Shown here: positions 60,210 to 64,000 of the stretch, piece after piece | How positions within the stretch are numbered: the stretch's first letter is position 1 | How the letters are laid out: the number at the start of each line of letters is the position of its first letter | Assembly (NCBI GenBank): GCA_965214095.1 | Contig: OZ243938.1 | Location: forward strand, 2,048,001 to 2,112,000 | Direction of reading: 5' to 3' | Length of the DNA: 64,000 nt | Source: Candidatus Poribacteria bacterium | GTDB lineage: Bacteria > Poribacteria > WGA-4E > WGA-3G | Program-made: the position numbers and the translations under genes | The notes under the pieces: generated by a model | The model's input: only the letters and a program-made list of their open reading frames with translations | Database searches by the model: none | What the model was told of the DNA's origin: nothing

Positions 60210-60397
60210 CAGGGTTATTTAGTTTTAATAATTTTCAATTGATGAACGTTACTAAGAGTTTATATCGTAGGTCGGGTAGAGCAAAGCGAAACCCGACACG
60301 TTCAATGCTTGTCGGGTTTCGTGCCTCTACCCGACCTACAGGTGTTATATTGAAATGTGAAAAATATAGCAGAAAAACCGAAAACTAAATAACCCTA
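60210..60397. mobile_element. CAGGG-ended MITE with 9-bp TSD and REP doublet
   Basis: CAGGGTTATTTAGTTTT / AAAACTAAATAACCCTA; GCAAGAAGG at 60201-60209 and 60398-60406; hairpins at 60267 and 60311. Confidence 0.9.
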
Positions 60398-60425
60398 GCA
60401 AGAAGGCAAGAAGTTCAAATATGTT

Positions 60426-62249
60426 CTATTCTTTGACTTCCTTATATCCTTTTGGCAATGGTTTTCCTCCGACAAGTGCTGTTTTCAAAGGACGGACATG
60501 TCGGCAACTCCCACGATGCTGGAATCCAGGACAATCACAGGTTATATCAGCACCAATTACCTCTAATGTGTAAAACTTTCCTTTTTGTGATGAACTTTCG
60601 GCGTGGTAGACAGATCGTTGTGGGCCGGTAAGGACTTCTGCTAAAATACGGATTGCTTCATCAGAATAGGGTACAAGTTGTTGGCGTGTGGCTTCTTCAA
60701 GGTGTGATGCGTTTTCTTCAATGTATACATTCCCCGCATTCTGTAATATTTCTTGTATATTATCTTCCTTAATTTCATGAGATTTAACAGAAAGTGCGTT
60801 CATCATCCGTTTGAGTTCACTGAGGACATCTAACTTAATTGCTGCTTCACCCCCTGGCACCAATATTGAACCTTCAACGATAGAATCCATCAGTGCTGCC
60901 TTCGTTTCTAATACAGTCTTGACGAAGGAATCAACGGTTCCTGATGCGATCATATAGGTTACATTCACAGTGCCAGTCTGCCCAATACGGTAGGCGCGAT
61001 CCTCTGCCTGCCAATGATTAGCAGGAACCCAATCTAAATCGTTGAAAACGACTTGACGTGCGGCAGTAAGGTTTATACCGACCCCTGCTATGTGCATATT
61101 TGCGATAAATAATCTAATGTTCTCATCGTTTTGAAACCTATCAACCCTCTCCTGCCTTTGATGTATTGGCACATTACCTGATACGTATACAGCTCTATCT
61201 TTGAAGTGTTTTTGGAAACGTTGCATCGTATTGAGGAATGACGTAAAAATAATGACCTTTTCACCCTGTTCTAAAGCATTTTCAACGAATTTTATTGTGT
61301 GCCGACATTTGACGAATGCAATCGCCCTACGAACTTGTGTTACTCTTCCCATAGCATTTCCGACATCTGTTAGGTCTATCGATTCCTCAAATTCATCGCG
61401 TTGTTCCGCTGTGAGTTCAAGAGATTCAGGTAATCCTATCAATTCTTCTGGTGACTCAAACTTATGAAGGAAATTCTGCAGTAATCGGTTGTAGTGTTGG
61501 ATAGCATAAGGGTGTAGTTCTACATCGAACCAAGTACGAACTTTAGGTGGTAGGTCTAAAACTTCATCTTTTGTGCGGCGTAGCATTACACCGTGTAGCT
61601 GCACGGTTAATTCTTCAATATTGCTCGCCCCATCTGCTACTAAACCGAAGTCTCCTTGATACGCTTCACAATATCGTTTTGCAAAACTGAGGAAACTTTT
61701 TCCAAGTGGGTGGTTGAGAATTTGTAGTAATGGAAAAAGGTCGCGGGGACGGTTTGTCATCGGTGTGCCAGTGAGTGCATGGACAACAGGTTCATCAGAA
61801 ATTTCTTTGATCAATTTTGATGCGTTTTTACTACGTTGGCTCTGGTAATTCTTTAGGTAATGTGCTTCGTCAAAAACAACCCCTTTCCAATCAAACTCCA
61901 GAAGTTGATCAAGGTTTTTTCCAAGGATTTCATAGTTGATGATAACCCAATCTTGATAATCAGTTGGTGGGAGCGGTGTGGGTCCGACGATGGCAGGTTC
62001 TGCATTTGGTAGGACAATATTGATTTCGCGTGCCCAATTTCGTTTGATAGATGCGGGACAAATTACGAGGTAGGGACCGACAGGTTCAGCTTCAACCATT
62101 GCTAACACGGATTGACGGGTTTTTCCTAAACCCATATCATCAGCAAGGAGTGCCCGACGCCGTCCTAATAAGAAGGCAATGCCTTCAATTTGATGTGGAA
62201 ACAGCCCTTTTGCGATTTCTTCAGCACGATCTTTTCCTGTGTGCTGCAT
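60426..62249 (-). CDS. SNF2-family helicase with C-terminal SWIM zinc finger
   Basis: DDMGLGKT, DEAH, LTGTP, QAEDRAYRIGQ, CDC...CRH. Confidence 0.9.
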   Translation of the reverse strand: MQHTGKDRAEEIAKGLFPHQIEGIAFLLGRRRALLADDMGLGKTRQSVLAMVEAEPVGPYLVICPASIKRNWAREINIVLPNAEPAIVGPTPLPPTDYQDWVIINYEILGKNLDQLLEFDWKGVVFDEAHYLKNYQSQRSKNASKLIKEISDEPVVHALTGTPMTNRPRDLFPLLQILNHPLGKSFLSFAKRYCEAYQGDFGLVADGASNIEELTVQLHGVMLRRTKDEVLDLPPKVRTWFDVELHPYAIQHYNRLLQNFLHKFESPEELIGLPESLELTAEQRDEFEESIDLTDVGNAMGRVTQVRRAIAFVKCRHTIKFVENALEQGEKVIIFTSFLNTMQRFQKHFKDRAVYVSGNVPIHQRQERVDRFQNDENIRLFIANMHIAGVGINLTAARQVVFNDLDWVPANHWQAEDRAYRIGQTGTVNVTYMIASGTVDSFVKTVLETKAALMDSIVEGSILVPGGEAAIKLDVLSELKRMMNALSVKSHEIKEDNIQEILQNAGNVYIEENASHLEEATRQQLVPYSDEAIRILAEVLTGPQRSVYHAESSSQKGKFYTLEVIGADITCDCPGFQHRGSCRHVRPLKTALVGGKPLPKGYKEVKE

Positions 62250-62278
62250 GTATTAATCCCTGTGAATTCAGTTTCTAA

Positions 62279-63250
62279 TTAATCTCTATCTACGAGCCAG
62301 AAATCACCTTTACTGTCAATACTTAGCTGCTCCAGCATCACTGCCCCAGGAAAACTCGGTGCAATTCCTATACTCATCGCGAATATTTTTCCATTCCCTT
62401 TCGCGTGTCCCCCAACAAATTTCAAATCGGGTGTTTCAATACTTGTAGGAATACCGTCACTGAAGAGAACGACAATGGTGGGAGAGGTTTTTGCAGTTTC
62501 TGTCAACGCAGTGAGCATATCGTAATCGTTTCCTTTTGTATGTATACGAGATTTTATGTCCGCTAAATAGGCAGATGATGCTTCCACTGATTCTGATGTC
62601 ACAGGAACATAATCGTCATGATAAACAACGTACTCGGTGCTAAAGGCGACGATATTAAAAGTGTCGTGTGGTTCAAGGAAAGTCAATGAATCTCGCATGA
62701 TGTCAACAACTTTTTTTAGTTTGTAATGTGCTAAGTTCTGCAGGCTTGAGGACAGATCAATGCAGTAGACAATGCGTTGCGGTCCGTTTTGTGCTTCAAT
62801 GAATTTTACTAACCTGCTTTTAGGACGTTCTGGTGCTTTCTTTTCTTTCTTGATGGGTTGTGCAACGCCTCTCGGAATTTGAGTTGGACCTTCAAACTTG
62901 ATGTCAACTGCAGTGGGTGCGACTCCATCACTTAGATTTACTTTTTCAAAAGGTTGAAACACCGTGGGTTCAGATGCAGAAACGACACCGTGCTGTGAAA
63001 CGGGTTGATTGCTTGTCAGTATCTTCATGTTAGGTTGATTTGTGGTTTGCGAGGTTTCTTTTCGGATCTGTGTGCGTTTTGGAGGCGTGATCCGTTTGGT
63101 TTTCGGTTGCTCCACAGTAGTGAAAATCGCATCTATGCTGTCTGGATTATGGCTTGGCATGGTGTTGAACCAATAAAAGAAACCGATGATCCCAACGATA
63201 AGATGTAAGGCGAATGAGACGAATAGTGCTGTGCTTTTTTTATATTTCAT
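62279..63250 (-). CDS. Membrane-anchored VWA domain protein
   Basis: SFALH TM, DLSSS MIDAS, FSDG. Confidence 0.8.
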   Translation of the reverse strand: MKYKKSTALFVSFALHLIVGIIGFFYWFNTMPSHNPDSIDAIFTTVEQPKTKRITPPKRTQIRKETSQTTNQPNMKILTSNQPVSQHGVVSASEPTVFQPFEKVNLSDGVAPTAVDIKFEGPTQIPRGVAQPIKKEKKAPERPKSRLVKFIEAQNGPQRIVYCIDLSSSLQNLAHYKLKKVVDIMRDSLTFLEPHDTFNIVAFSTEYVVYHDDYVPVTSESVEASSAYLADIKSRIHTKGNDYDMLTALTETAKTSPTIVVLFSDGIPTSIETPDLKFVGGHAKGNGKIFAMSIGIAPSFPGAVMLEQLSIDSKGDFWLVDRD

Positions 63251-63370
63251 AATCTGAGTAGAAATTAAAACAGAGGATTGAGATTAACGATTGATACTTT
63301 TTTAGATTAATTTGTTGCGGGTTGGTTAAGGAACGAAACCAAACCTACAATCTACTTTGCGTCTAACGAA

Positions 63371-64000
63371 CTAATTCCACCTTTCCACAACAACTTTCTT
63401 CTGTGTAAAGAAATCAACAGCATCCCAACTTTGTCCGTGCAAATCACCAAAGAAGCTATCCTTCCAACCGCTAAAGGGGAAGAAAGCCATCGGTGCTGCG
63501 ACGCCAATGTTTATGCCGATATTGCCAATCTGTGCTTCGTAGCGGAACTTGCGTGCTGATGCGCCACTGCTTGTAAAGAGACATGCCATATTGCCATAAC
63601 TGCCGCTATTGATAAGTGAGATAGCATCGTCAATTGAATCAACATGAATGAGTCCTAATACTGGTCCAAAGATTTCAGTTTTTGCGATTTCACCTTCTGG
63701 GTCAATATCAGCAAGTACGGTTGGACGGATGAAGTTTCCGTTTTCACAACCTGAAATACTGGGATAACGACCATCAACAAGGACGCGTGCCCCTGCATCA
63801 GCCCCAGTCTGAATAACACCCTCAATACGTCTCCGGCTATCATCCGTGATGACAGGCCCCATTTGGACATCTTCATCTAATCCGTTACCAACAACTCTAT
63901 CAGTTGCAGTTTCACTTATTGCTTTTGGAAACCAGTTCCGAGCCCCACCGACAGCAAAAACAAGTGAAGCAGCAAGACATCGTTGACCAGCACAACCGAA
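63371..64000 (-). CDS. mmsA: CoA-acylating methylmalonate-semialdehyde dehydrogenase, 5'-truncated by window
   Basis: [10 protein letters not shown] (frame open to 64000), EIFGPV, FPFSGWK.SFFGDLH, VVVERW. Confidence 0.88.
   Translation of the reverse strand, partial: FGCAGQRCLAASLVFAVGGARNWFPKAISETATDRVVGNGLDEDVQMGPVITDDSRRRIEGVIQTGADAGARVLVDGRYPSISGCENGNFIRPTVLADIDPEGEIAKTEIFGPVLGLIHVDSIDDAISLINSGSYGNMACLFTSSGASARKFRYEAQIGNIGINIGVAAPMAFFPFSGWKDSFFGDLHGQSWDAVDFFTQKKVVVERWN

Noticed and set aside
1-64000. Numerous short antisense or overlapping ORFs
   Set aside because: They shadow well-supported genes and have no motifs

Overview
Low-GC (roughly 40% by eye) bacterial chromosome segment. The WD40, VWA, FGE-like, DUF1549/1553 and PD40 proteins, and a C-terminal 'SVEPxxxxTTVWGELK' tag, suggest Candidatus Poribacteria (inference). 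It carries housekeeping genes (rpiA, lon, leuB, ychF, plsC, cmk, tyrA), sugar-catabolism genes and an expanded pst-phoU region with three ATPases and two embedded K+-channel genes. The most notable signal is non-coding. (1) A decayed AAA-like gene is split by two IS200/IS605-type elements, and removing them at inferred base-exact ends restores its reading frame. One is an intact TnpB-only IS inserted after TTTAA. The other is a 332-bp element with no protein gene, inserted after TCAC, that holds a near-consensus promoter and a probable ~230-nt structured RNA. (2) Intergenic regions contain a modular, nested MITE system: CAGGG-ended shells with perfect 9-bp target duplications and TATAG-ended Correia-like shells carry interchangeable GTAG-REP hairpin cargo whose stems covary. 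No rRNA, tRNA or CRISPR array was recognised.
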